DNA of 64,000 nt from Amphiscolops sp. MND2022. Its lineage: Eukaryota. Below the pieces are notes generated by a model. The model was given only the letters and a program-made list of their open reading frames with translations. It searched no databases and was not told the origin of the DNA. Position numbers and translations under genes: made by a program. Below, piece by piece: positions 1 through 12,519 of this stretch (position 1 is the first letter of the stretch; every line of letters starts with the position of its first letter). The stretch is taken from the NCBI GenBank assembly GCA_964187785.1, contig OZ076409.1, positions 44,332,001 to 44,396,000 on the forward strand. Reading direction: 5' to 3'.

Positions 1-2018
1 GAAAGCAGCAATTCGACACAACCCTGCCACATCAGATACAACCATCACAATTCAGTCCGTTTCTACAAACTTGATCAAACAACCTGAGATACAAGTCCGA
101 CTACGGAAGACGAACCAGATAATTATTGAGCCATCCAAATATGAAGTATTACAGCAACTGAGGGCAAAACTGCTTCATGAGGATTACTCTGAAAATGTAC
201 TGCAACAAGATGCCCGATATAGACATTATGCAAACAACTTGGAACTCATTGTAGTCAAGGAAGACATCCTGACGAGGCAATACTTCGATGAAACAGGGAA
301 TGTGAAATACCATCAGATCCTTTTCCCGCGACACCTACTACAGGGACTGTTTCAGTCCCTTCATGGGACAGAACATAAGCACTCTGCATATCAAAGATGT
401 TACACGAGATCGGAAAGAGGTATTATTATTCTAGCATGGCGAAGCATGTTAAAAGGTGGGTATAAGAGTGCGAACAATGCGCAAAGGGCAAACGAGTCCC
501 CAATGCAACGATCATGCCTGAACTACTCAATTTGCCGGAAAGGGACCTTTGACCCGAAGACGCTATGCAGATGGACTTATTGCCGAATCTTCCCCCAAGT
601 GGATAATTTGAAAACGTTCTAACTGCAATTGATATCTTCTCCCGATATCTGTTCGCCTATCCTCTTACGGACGCCTCAGCGATCAATGTAGCAGAAGTGC
701 TCATTGACATAATGACTAAACATGCGTATTTACTAACAACGCTCTTTGTTGATAAGGGAGCTGTATTCACTTCCACGATTATTGCGGAGATTACGCTCAA
801 ATGTGCAACGACAAAGCACCCGCAAACAGTCGGGAAATCAGAGCGGACACATACTTCACTCAAGACGAAACTCAAAACAGCATGTGACGAATACCGCCGA
901 CAATGGCAAAAATATTTGCCATTGACAGTCCTAAATCATAATACAAGTTACCATGCCAGCATCGGTTGTGAACCAACAAGAGTATTTCATGGAAGAATTC
1001 CATACAATGTCGTGGATCACAATCTTGGAAACAATCCAAACGAACAGATCACTCCCTTAACCGATATTGCGGAAGAAATCCAAACTCACTCGGACAAAAT
1101 CTTGATCGATAAAACGAAACAAAATATCATGCAATCATACATCAAATACAAGGAGTACTATGATCGCAAAGCGAAAGCTGCTCCACTCAGGGGAAACGAA
1201 CATTGCTTCGTATTGCAGCCGAAAGCGGATCATCAAGGATCAAAATTTCCTTTCAAAGATTAACGTTGGGTTGGACTATTTATAGTCCAAAAGGTACTAC
1301 CTAATGAGAATTACATTGTACGCCGGCTCAATACAAATATAACCTAAAATTTGCATCGAATTCGCATTGAAAAGTTTGTTCCCAATCAACCGCTTGAGGA
1401 CCATTTCCGAAAGAAGCGCTTGCAGCCAGACGAAGAAATTATCAAACTGCAAGACGACTTGTACACAGTAACGTGGGAAACAAACTTCGGTGAACAGCTA
1501 GCTACACGAGGCAATCAGCCTATTTCGACTAGCTTGCCGAAAGGCGAACAGCCAGTTACGACAAACCCTGATTTAAGTGACACACACGAGAATGAGCTCG
1601 ATTACATAATATTGAACGACAGTCCGAATGCCGTCCACGACGCCGCACACAAGCGGAATGAAGGATTAAATGATGACGTCAGAAAAAAACATGACGATAT
1701 TGAAGCTGAAGTGAATGAAAACTCTGATTGGCAGAGTCCGGCCGTTTAACCCAAAAACAAAAAAAAATTTTTGCCGGATTCGTCCGAAAAACTGGAAAAT
1801 GTTGATTCGTCAGAAAAACTGGAGAAATTGGAAAAATGTTTGGAAAAAAGTTCTGCTAACGAAACCGATGCAAAAATTTCTCCAAAAAAGGGGATGATAT
1901 TATCGTTCCCGGAATATCCCAAGACGATGATAGAAATGAATGTCTGAGCCCTAGAGGGGGGAAATAAAATCACAGGCATAATCCCAATCCAAACTACTCA
2001 GAAGACTTTAAATACTAG
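1..2018 (+). pseudogene. pol: Ty3/Gypsy element A: degenerate 3' pol (integrase zinc-binding region, DDE core, C-terminal tail); runs off the window start
   Basis: Frameshifted ORFs 71-622, 697-1263 and 1351-1749 give integrase-type sequence (LHG..H, VDKGAVFTS, HPQTVGKSER, YHASIGCEP..VFHGR). The tail reads SPRGGK*N.R.NPNPNYSEDFKY* with stop at 2016-2018, matching the KYNLRTNPKPNANPDFR* tail of element B. Confidence 0.92.
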
Positions 2019-2163
2019 GAAAGACTGAATTCCATCCAGGAACGAGATATGGATTTTCTTTTCTTTTATCTTTTCTTTTCCCGTCCTATAGGAGTAACTT
2101 TTGAATAAATAATGGGACTCCGGGGACAAAGACTCCTTCCAAGCAAATAAATACTAGGGTTAG

Positions 2164-5100
2164 CTAGAAATGACAACAAGTGTGTGTATAAATACAAAAC
2201 AACACAGATCTGAATAATGGGAATGAACAAAAGAAATCAACAAGTTTAAGGTTTGAAAGTACATAAATACATATGTACAAAAACCCGTTAGATATACTGG
2301 CAGCAGATCCTCTTGCGACTGATGAGGCTCGTGACCGCGAAGAACTCTTTTCCATACGTCCCCGCTTGCTGTCATTAGGCGGTGGGATGGCAGGTACGTC
2401 TTCCACCGTGGACACATCCAAAATACTGGGACCTCCAACTCTCTCGGTTGAACTAGAAACGGCAGTGCGATATGTTGAGACATGGGATTTGTAGATTTTA
2501 CCCCAGTTGAAGACATCGACGTACGTCCATGGGTCGTACAAAGGAGAGAATGCCGACTGACCAAAAGAAGCAGATAACCAGCAGAAACTATTCAAATTGG
2601 AATCATTGATACAGCAGGCATGGGAATCTGGCACTCCTGGCAGTTAGCTATGAGATGGCAAAATGACGTCCGTGGTCCGACTCTGGCAACCCGATGTACT
2701 GATGGTTCCCATTGTGACTGCAGGAAAATCGGCACTGTTTGATGTAACACCGAGACAGCACAGTTTAAACAAAAGTAACTGATAGCTGTGAGCCTGCATA
2801 TATTCAAGCGTCTTCAAAAAGTCTATCAGATTCTTGGAATGCTGCGTGACGTCAAGATTTGAAGCATAATTAGCGCGGAGATGGTCAAGAAGTCCTACAT
2901 GTTCATCTCGACAGGTAGACTCATTGGCGGCTGTCACACACGATCGGAGCAGGAAGGTGCAGTAAAGCGTATCAAAAGGACGGAGGGCTACCTCCGTTGG
3001 TCTTCTGAGCATCACGAACGGGTCAAAAGCTGCCAGTCCTTTAACAATGTTTGAACTCAAACTAGCTCGGCGGAGGACTTCACCGATGAGGAATTGCAGG
3101 TACGCTAGCTCATCCCGGACAAAATCGTTCTTTAGAGTCAGGACCGTTTTCTGGATGATGGACTTGTCTGCTTTCTTGCCAGAATGAATGCCCTCTGACT
3201 TCTGGCTACATGCCTTGGACACTTTGTTTGTCATCTGTAGCCGCGTTAAAAACTCTTCCACGGGTATGAAAGTCCCCTCGCTAGTCTATTAGCTCAACAG
3301 GAGAAACCATGAGTTCTCGAGAGGAATTGTGGCAGAGTTGTAGCAACGGAAACACAGTGTGTAAATGTAACGTGAAACTTCCCCACAGGGGTAAAAGGAG
3401 GAATCTCGCTGTTGCTGCAAGTTAACTGGAGTTGTCTGAAACAAATGGAAATGGCCTATTCTGATCTCGAAAGAGAGGCAGAGAACAAACTAGGGATTAC
3501 TAACAGTCACTGATCAAGTGGTAGAAGAACTCCAGTTTGATAAGGAAAAACTCATCGCAGATGGATGACCATTCGAAACTCTGCACCTGAAACAGAACAC
3601 GAAGGGCATAATCACTGATATTAGAAACTCACCTACCCCCACCATTTTTTTTACTATTCATACGGCTTACTCTAGTTCTAAGACAAGTTAGGCAACTCAC
3701 CCTAGTTCTGACGCCCTGACATTATTGCTGTGGCACATGCAGAGTCAAGTATGATGTCATTGACTTCCATTCGTCTTTGAGTTCCTGACAGAACATGGGA
3801 AGAGACTGGAGATTCAGATTGCAGCTGGTAATAGCCTAAAAGGAAACCCAAATTTGGAAAGCCATAACGGTCAGATTTCTGGTTCCTACCCGAAGTCCCC
3901 TTTTGCCAAAAGAAATTAACGGATACTTTCTCGAACTAACTCAGGGCTCCTCTGTACCCAGTCCTCTTGGAGTGAACTGCCCAAAGAAATCACTAGACTT
4001 TTAAGCACCGAGAAGAAGTCAATGTGTCCAAACACACTGTAGCTCGTCTTATGCATCAAGAGGCCTAAGTCTAACTGGTTAAATCGAATTAGCGTTGTAC
4101 GGCCCGAGTAGAGGTGGGCATTTCATCAATGGTGCGGATCAGGTCTTTTGGGCAGCCTGAACAAGCAACTATATCCGCCTTTGTTGAGACCACCGAAAGT
4201 AAGCGGGCAAGGGACCCCAGCTCGCCGGTTAGTTCTGAGGACGGCAACCCATTTCGGCACACGGTGACGCGACAGAGCTCTTGACCTCTCCAGAATCTCA
4301 GTGACATAAATCGACTGGTTCCTCGTCCTCAAACTCGCATTGCGTTCCTCTGCAGTGCTGGGAGGCCATGCTCGAAGTTTGATCGAGCAGTCAAGGAAAT
4401 TGTAAGAAGGATCCTTACAGTCATTCGCTCTTCAACACAATCAAAATTGCAAAGGGCAGCCTGGTGATCCGTGAAGGAACTAATATTTGCCCATAAATTC
4501 CGGAGGACTGACAGGTCTCCTTGAGTCTGAAGAAATTCGCCGACCTCGGAGCCTGAGTCTTGGCTCGTGATTCAGAGGTAATGAGGGGAGTGGTTCGGTC
4601 CCGGATGAAGTCGTCGTAAAACGGGAAGCGTTCTCCCATGTCAACTAGCTCTGATAGGATGAACTTTGGTAACTCTCTAGCCGGCTCGATTTTGGTTAAC
4701 ACTTTCCCGTTGCGGCCTCTAACCCGGTGCTGCACTTTACTACTCACTGGGTCTACACTTCTGGGGTGTTGGTACCTCCAGCGCTGGTATCGCCTCAGGT
4801 GCTTCTCCGCCGTTGGTGGCGAAGGATCTCGAGAGGGCCTTTGGTCTTAATCGAGAAATTCTTCCTACACACATGGCACTGGACCATGAGTGGATTGTTT
4901 ATTCGGGTTAGCAGGACCAGAAATGAAGGACCTCGTCCAACCAATCTTAGCGAAGAACTCTTCGCGCATGGGGACTCCTCGCTGGGCTGTCGTTTGGGCT
5001 TCTGAGGCTTCTTGGCTTGGGTTTTGCGCTTGGAGTTCCCACTTAGGGTCTGTTCTCTAACTTTTGACAGTGTCACATCCTGGCTACTCTGATCTGTTTC

Positions 5101-6238
5101 CTGGCTTCTCCATTCTTCAACCCTGTTAATGTGAGATATGTTGAGGGGCATTCCTTTCTAGTCGTCTTGTACGATGCCGTGATCAGAGCCAGCTCTCCGG
5201 CACTGTCGCTCTTCCCGCAAATTGAGCAATCTCCTGATTCTCCTTGGTGGGTTAACTCCTGATTGTTCGTCTCCGCGTACACGATTGTCTCAGTCTCTGC
5301 ATCACTGGAAATCGCTTCTAGCTTGCATGAAAGGGGTTGAGGTCCTGGTTCTGCTCCGGAAGTGTTCTGTGCGAGATGGTGCTGTGGTTGGCCTTCCTCT
5401 AACAGCATCAAAGACCATTCGTTCCATGGTAGCAGGAGACATCCTGCGAGTTTCCTCTGTTAAAACTCGTAACAGGTGATATATTTGTGGCTCGATAAAG
5501 GCCACACACAGTGGGGTGACCACGGGGAAGATTAAATGCTTTCGTCTCCTGGAAGAAAGTCTTGAGGACGGCTCGAGCTCTTCCAGACAGATCTGGCAGC
5601 TGGTCTTCTACTCCTCTGGAAGTAGGTGCTATGTGTCTCGTTGAGACAAGGCGTTGGAGCCGGTTTCGTGTTCACCTTCAGCTCCCGATTCAGTTGCACT
5701 AGGGATGATCCCGTACAACGAAAGGCTTCCCGCGTTGCTCGCCTCCTCAACTGTTTCTTCTCCCTCACTCAAATCAGCTAGGAACCAGACTTTAGGTTCG
5801 TTGTTGGGCAGCGCAGGCTTTTCGTTGATGGACGACTCGTTGTCATCTTCAGACTGAGGGATAATTGTGACAATGTCCCCATGATCCTCACCTAAAGTCG
5901 GCAATAGCTCGGGCAGTTGCGAATCGGAGGCGGTGGCGATCCTCAAAGCTGACTCCAAAGCGGTCAGACTTGTACTGGTCGCTCTCTCCTCATCCATAGG
6001 GGTGCTTGCGCCTCTGGGTACTGTGGACAGATGGTCTTGTTGGGATTCAGTATTTCCAGTGGACATCAATTCTTCTCCTGTCTCGGCAGTAGTGTGGCCC
6101 TCTTTGCTTAGACGTCGCTCAGCCTCCATACGCAGTACCTTAGCCTCAGCGTAAGCATTGATGTCAGTCTCACTAGCAACACTCTGTGGGGAGTAGCGAA
6201 CTCCAACAGCAACTTGTGGCTCAGGGCATTGTTTCCAT
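2164..6238 (-). pseudogene. Antisense accessory gene of Gypsy element A: acidic low-complexity N-terminus, C2H2/BED-like finger and hAT-transposase-like C-terminal region; spliced, frameshifted
   Basis: Collinear minus-strand fragments 5629-6129, 5073-5411, 4795-5151 (CHVCRKNFSIKTKGPLEILRH), 4421-4747, 4089-4307, 2644-3261 (KGLAAFDP...DFL...FKLCCL) and 2164-2634. GT-AG introns at 3700-3587 and 3504-3436. Homologous by eye to 48138-50947. Start position approximate. Confidence 0.75.
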
Positions 6239-7016
6239 CTGTGGTAGGTTGAGGTCTGGAAGAGAGATCTGACAGTGTCTCAGTTTCAGGTGGTTGATTC
6301 TCTGAACGAAAAGTGATGAAGTTTTGCGGTGAGCTTCCTTGAAAGAAATCCCATTTCCCGTATTAGAAATCGTCCGGAAGTACTTTGAAAATTAAGATGA
6401 AACGTGTTATCAAGTGTTCAGTGATGGAAACAGGAAGCACCTTATGAACGAAATTCAATCCTGATCAAGTTAGGTTAGTTCAAAATAAAAATTCAAAACC
6501 AACCTGTGTTCGAAGACATTCTGCTTTGATGAGTTTGCCGTCTGCGGTTTAGTCCTTATTCGATTGATTATGTTAGGGATACTGGCCGGCGTTGGCTGAA
6601 GAAGGGAGGAGATTCCAATAACTTCAGGGAAGATGAAGTCAGTACCAAAGGTGAAGGCGGATGTGGACGAATGAAGTAATTAGGAAAACAAAAGATAAAA
6701 GATTCAAACAGTAATGGAATTGGAAGTTGTAAAGATAGAAAAGTTGGAGTTGGTGGCTGAAGAGATTTACCACACTGATATTTGTTGTCTATTTACATAT
6801 TTAAAACTGTAGATGGAGTCTGCCAGCGAAGTGTACAACGGTTTCTTCATTTTATACAGCTTGTTTAATTAGAAGCCGATTATGGCTTTTCACTTAGCTC
6901 TGTTTTACCGCTTTGTTCCGTTTTCCCTATCATTCTTAGTACGAATTTCGTCATTTTTGTATTATTCAAAAGTGTTGTTTTTTCGCCATTTTTCTGTTCA
7001 TTATTCAACTTTGTCA

Positions 7017-8166
7017 ATGAGCAATTCTGATTGGGTGAAGCCACTTGGAAAGAAGTTGTTTGACGAATGCCGTTAAATGAACTCGAGCTCGCAGTTAATT
7101 ACTCACTTAACTTGAATTATTCGTTATTGATAACTCAAAGGCACTTGACATCTGCTCTGACGATGTGGGTGATGGTGGACAAGCACCGCGAATTCAAAGG
7201 GAAGCCGACACTCGGAAAGATTCATTCAGAAAAGTTTACGACGGATTAGGATTATCAACCTTAGTTTCTACCGCCAAACTGAAAATACAGGAAAAGTCCT
7301 CACTCGATCTGAAACGGAAATCTAATAAAATTCATTCTGATCTTAAATTCGCTGAAAACAAGTTGCTAGTTAAACTCTTAAAAATTTGCGAAGAAACTGA
7401 TAATGCAAAAACTCAATCTCCCAAGACGATTGTTCGACATGGACGAGGAAAGCTCTAGTCTTCTAACGATTCAGTAGTCTGTTTCTCCAGCGACGAAGAG
7501 AGCCTATCCGAAGGTTGGGAATCTGACTACTCAACTGGGACAGAAGAAATGGTAGCTAGGGTTGAGCAAGAAATTACTTCCAGCCCCTTGCTAATCGGAG
7601 GAAGAATCATGACGATGGGCAGTTTAGAAGAGGATCGGTTGCAGGCCCGAGATCAACAATGCTGAAACAGTCGATCACACCCAAATTTGACAGAGCCTAC
7701 TTTGATGAGAAATTTTGCTATGCCCCCCAAAAGGAATTCAAAAAGGAGAATTTAGCTGTGCAAGACAATTCTCCCAGTCTTGGAGTAACCCTTGTCCCCT
7801 CCTCCACATGAAAGGGGGCCTTCGCGGGCCACTCCACTAATGCAGACGGCCGAATCAGGCTTCCCAGCGTCTTACCATACCCAAAACACAGCGCCGTACG
7901 AAAATGTTATTGAAGTACGTTACGCTGGGTGTATTTTTTGCGGTCGATCTGTGGAGTCGATTAAGAAGTAGAAAGTGTCCGTGTATCTAAAGGAATCTAC
8001 ACCGAGAGATGAACCAGAATATGAACAAAACTAAGGAAAGAAGCATATGAAAATGGTTTGAATGCTGGCGCTTTTCTGTTCCTCGCACCCGCAGTGTTGC
8101 AGGCTGCCGCCTGTGACGGAACCATGATCACAACCATGGAATTCGTACAGATAAACCATTCTCAGG
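7017..8166 (+). pseudogene. Degenerate additional sense-strand ORF of unknown function, probably internal to Gypsy element A
   Basis: ATG at 7017 (MSNSDWVKPLGKKLFDEC), continuing after a frameshift as LNELELAVNYSLNLNYSLLITQRHL. Later acidic stretch (SSDEESLSEGWESDYS) and a CIFCGRS motif near 7930. Multiple stops and frameshifts. Confidence 0.4.
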
Positions 8167-8952
8167 TATGATTTTTATGTTTTACATATTAGTCTGATAA
8201 ATGTACGATTTGGCAAATCAAATCAAATTGATAGAAATTGTCAAAAGACGTGGCAAATGCAGATTAACATTGATGCGAGTTGAATACAACTGTAAGGCAG
8301 CAAAGGAACCGTGCTCAAGTGACGCAAAGTGCTATTCCGCAAACGTCACCTGAGCAGGTAGTCGCAGCCAATCACAATTCACCACTTGTTGCTTCATTGA
8401 TACTTTTGTTCATTGAATGCCGAATAAGGCCAATTGACACAACGCCTCTACTCCTAATTAGCAATGTAGTCAAATGAGGTTTCCGCCGCTGAAAGACCTA
8501 GTTATGAAGGTAATGACACTTGCAGTTACCCAGTAATTAGGTGCTTGTATTCTACGCTCTAAATAATTGCTTCGATGCACAAATTACCAGCCAATACGTG
8601 TGACTTGGTATTATTTGCCGATTAAGGACATTTACCTTTAAATTGTCAGTGCTTATTTGACATGAGATGAATAGCCCGTGCAGGAAGTTTTAATATATTT
8701 GTTGTTACATGTAATTTGCAGTTCAGTTAGAGTAGTATAGCCTGTTTGGTCACGCGCGCCGACGCGTGCCCGCAATGTTTTGTTGAAGCTTTGATGTAAC
8801 TAGTCCAATAACCAATGAATTAATGGCATTCATTTGATGCCACAAATGCCTGTTGCTAGTCACTTGATACATTTTGATGCTTCTCTGATAAAGATAATCA
8901 CGTGACATGTTAGGGTCACGACCATCATGTGATTTTATTTCTAATTGGAAAA

Positions 8953-9682
8953 TGTAAGGAATGTGAGGATCACCTTCTCATGGGTATATATACCAACGCC
9001 TTTCCTGGGAGAGACACTTATTATTTTTACACGCTCTGATGAAGGTACTCTAAAAACGGTTCCATTGTTGATTTTCCGAATTCAAGTATTTATACTTGGT
9101 TTTCTTCGATGCCTACTACTAGAAAATCGAAAAAGGCAAGGAAGTCAAGAAGACTAGAACTACTCTCAGATATAGAAAACTTAGATATAATGTTAGGCGA
9201 AAGACACTCTGAGAGGGATGAGATTGTAAATAGTAACTCAGCCGGAAAGCCGGAAAGTACCACTAGTGACATGTTTGAAAATAACGAAGATAACTTGTAC
9301 TTGAATCATGCAGAAGTGAGACCCGGTAAAAGCGCCGACCCCGGGCAAAATTCAACAAGTGGTAACTCGAATGCTGAGATCAATAGGTTGTCGAGTGAAC
9401 TTATTTCAAGGTTGTCTAGGGAAATGGATGAGGTGATGAATAGTGTTAATACTCAGATCCAGAGGGCCATTAGTGATGCTATAAGCAATCAGATCTTGCC
9501 CCAATTGCAAAATGCCCTAAGGGCCAGATCGGAACATGTGACACAAAATAGATGGAATGTTTCGGTTGAGAGACCGGAAACTAATTCCGAAGATTATCGC
9601 AGTGAGAAAACTAAAAACTACTCTAGAAGTCATCCGACCCGTGATTGTCTACAGGACAATCACACAAACCGAGCTTACGACA
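8953..9682 (+). mobile_element. Putative 3' (or solo) LTR carrying the gag N-terminal ORF (9109-9693); 5' boundary uncertain
   Basis: ORF MPTTRKSKK... resembles the element B gag start MSTTRSQKRR. It ends ...CTTACGACA (9682), at the position equivalent to element B's CGTAACA|TGG junction, and the ORF stops 3 codons later. TATATA at ~8985; candidate TG start TGTAAGG at 8953. Confidence 0.55.
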
Positions 9683-9772
9683 ATATGACTTAATGGAAAA
9701 AATATTTCACCAGATTCTCCATTTCAATTTCGTTGATTTTCTAATCATGAAATTTTTTTTGGCATTGTACCA

Positions 9773-10577
9773 TTTTTTAGTCGGCGCTTCATGAAGTGAA
9801 ACGCGACTATTATAGTGACTTTTTTTTCTATCCACACGAACTGACCAAAAGAGTTCTACAAAAGTTCTACAAAATATTATTGCATCAAAATGCACTATTT
9901 GGTCTAGCGAACTGAACCAAAAAAGTTTTTCCTGTTTTTCCGCGTAACATACCATACCGGGCGAGACCAAAGACTCCCACCTTAAATTTTTTTCGGCACT
10001 GCGAGACATTTTTTTCGGAATTTTTTTCTTCGGAATTTTTTTTCCTCAAAGGGTCCCCCCTGCATTTTTTTGATGTTTTGCGACAGAATGGATGTTGAAA
10101 AATCCCAAAGGGTCACCCCTTTCATCTTTTTTTTTCGGCATTGTGAGATTTTGTCCCGAAAATGAAAATTTTTGTTTTCTTCATTTTTTTCATGTTTTGC
10201 GACAGAATGGATGTTGAAAAATCTCAAAGGGCCCCCCTTTCAGTTTTTTTTTCGGCATTGTGAGATTTTGTCCCGAAAATGAAAATTTTTGTTTTCTTCA
10301 ATTTTTTCATGTTTTGCGACAGAATGGATGTTGAAAAATCTCAAAGGGCCCCCCTTTCAGTTTTTCGGCATTGTGAGACGTTAGCGCGCCAGGGGCTCGC
10401 GGTAGCGAGCCCCGGCGCGCCACTCGGTCCATTTTTTTAGTATGTAATTTTTTCAAAAAAAAGTTTCGAAAAATTTTCGATTTTCGACTACTGTAAACGA
10501 ATACTTGACACTTGGAAGTCTTTTTGCTATTTTTGAGCCTTGGATATGGCGCCGACTTGGGCCGGTCCCGGCTTGTT
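9773..10577 (+). mobile_element. Non-autonomous Helentron-like element (HINE/DINE-1 type), family H1
   Basis: 5' T-run plus AGTCGGCGC subterminal inverted repeat; 3' GCGCCGACT plus GCCGG-TC-CCGGC hairpin and terminal TTGTT. Three ~118-bp internal repeat units; no TSD seen. Confidence 0.8.
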
Positions 10578-11758
10578 GAAAAATATTTCTACCTATTAGT
10601 ACACCAGGGCAGGACTTCGCATCGAGTGTTGAACCTGTGTATCTTTCAAATAGCCATATAAATTTACAGTTTTCTGATATGACGTCTATTTCGATTAAAA
10701 TTTATCCAATTCACGTTATATTCGGAATTCATTGGATTTTTGATTGTCAATATTTTAGGTCTTGGTACGAAGAATACGGGTTTCGACTGTGACAAATGAC
10801 AAATTTTTGTATGATTTCAATTTGAATATTATTACCATTCTTATCATAAAATGTATACCAATAGAATTATTTATTTTAAGTAATTATTACCATTGTTCCA
10901 AAGTTATACTGGATCTTGCTAGAACTAGCACGTTTTTTAAAGACAAATTCGAATATTTTTTGAAGAAAGTTCCCTCAGAATAACCCAAAATGGGCAAAAA
11001 TGACAGAATTTTCAAGTTATTAACTTTTTTATGCTGTTTCATATATCATTTTCGACTAACTTCCATGCATAAAACGGTTTTAAAAACTCAGTAACAACTA
11101 ATTCTGGTATCCACTGGGCGTTTTTGAAAATATAATTGCACTTTTTTGTAGGAATTGGTCTCAGAAGCACCCAAAATCTAAGAAACAACAAAAAAGCATG
11201 TCTTTTGACACATTAATCTCAATTTTCGTTCGAACCACGCAAAATTTTGTACAGTAGAACATCCATCGACCTGAGCGTTGAAACAATAGGGTTTTCAAAA
11301 CGCAATTTGGGAAAAAAGTGGGACGAAGATCCTCGAACTTGACAAGAAAGTTGCCAATGTTTCAAATTTTCTCAGTTTTCGATTACATGGTCCTAATTTC
11401 AGACCCCTTTCGGAATTTTACTTCTGTTAGAAAGACCATATAATCAGGATTAAAACTTGTAGCTATCGCTATTGTTTCGAAAAAATATCGGACAAGTTTG
11501 TTAGCACAAGTTTCAACAATTTTTTGATAATTAAAAATTTTTCTAAGTTTGTCAAAGATTCAAAATTCAAAAAACTCGATGCAAAATCTCTAGGTATGGA
11601 AAACGCCTTCCAAAGGAAAATCTTTCTTCGATTTCCCACGTATGAAGAAAACCTGAAAATGACCCAAACGTCAATGATGTTTTGACGTTTTCTTGCAACT
11701 ATTTTGTAATGTTTTCGAGCTTTTTGGTGGGTTAGAATAGTGTGGGTTAGGTTTTCAA

Positions 11759-12442
11759 TTTTTAGTCGGCGCTTCATGAAGTGAAACGCGACTATTATAG
11801 TGACTTTTCTTTTTTTTTTTTTCAATCCACACGAACTGACCAAAATAGTTCTTAAAAGTTCTACAAAATATTATTGGTCCAAAATGCACTATTTGGTCTA
11901 GCGAACTGAACCAAAAAGGTTTTTCCTGTTTTTCCGCGTAACAAACCATACCGGGCGAGACCAAAGACTCCCCCCTTTCATTTTTTTCGGCACTGCGAGA
12001 CTTTTTTTCCGAAAAAAAATTTTTTCCCCAAAGGGTCCCCCTGCATTTTTTTGATGTTTTGCGACAGAATGGATGTTGAAAAATCCCAAAGGGTCCCCCC
12101 TTTCAGTTTTTTTCGGCATTGTGAGATTTTTTCCCGAAAATGAAAATTTTTGTTTTCTTCAATTTTTTCATGTTTTGCGACAGAATGGATGTTGAAAAAC
12201 CTCAAAGGGTCCTCCCTTTCAGTTTTTCGGCATTGTGAGACTTTAGCGCGCCAGGGGCTCGCGCTAGCGAGCCCCGGCGCGCCACTCGGTCCATTTTTTT
12301 TGAGTATGTAATTTTTTCGAAAAATTTTTTTTCAAAAAATTTCGATTTTCGAGTACTGTAAAAGAGTACTTGACACTTGGAAGTCGTTTTGCTATTTTTG
12401 AGCCTTGGATATGGCGCCGACTTGGGCCGGTCCCGGCTTGTT
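11759..12442 (+). mobile_element. HINE family H1 copy, near-identical to 9773-10577 with two internal units
   Basis: Same termini (tttttagtcggcgc ... gcgccgacttgggccggtcccggcttgtt) and same body. Confidence 0.8.
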
Positions 12443-12519
12443 AACACTTCTAACGACGTTATGTTCAATGTGCCCAAGTTGGCGGCTCAATTTTCTAAAC
12501 CTTGCAAAATATAAATTTT

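Noticed and set aside
4335..4418. Intron in element A matching element B intron 48648-48772
   Set aside because: A gtaag follows EERMT at the equivalent position, but the distance to the next homologous block (~28 codons) leaves no room for an intron; left unresolved.
2164..8166. env gene (errantivirus-like) after pol
   Set aside because: The main ORF is antisense with a zinc finger; no signal peptide, furin site plus fusion peptide, or clear transmembrane anchor is recognisable.
10075..10380. Regularly spaced repeats as a possible CRISPR array
   Set aside because: Whole ~118-bp units are repeated with no unique spacers, there are no cas genes, and the context is eukaryotic.
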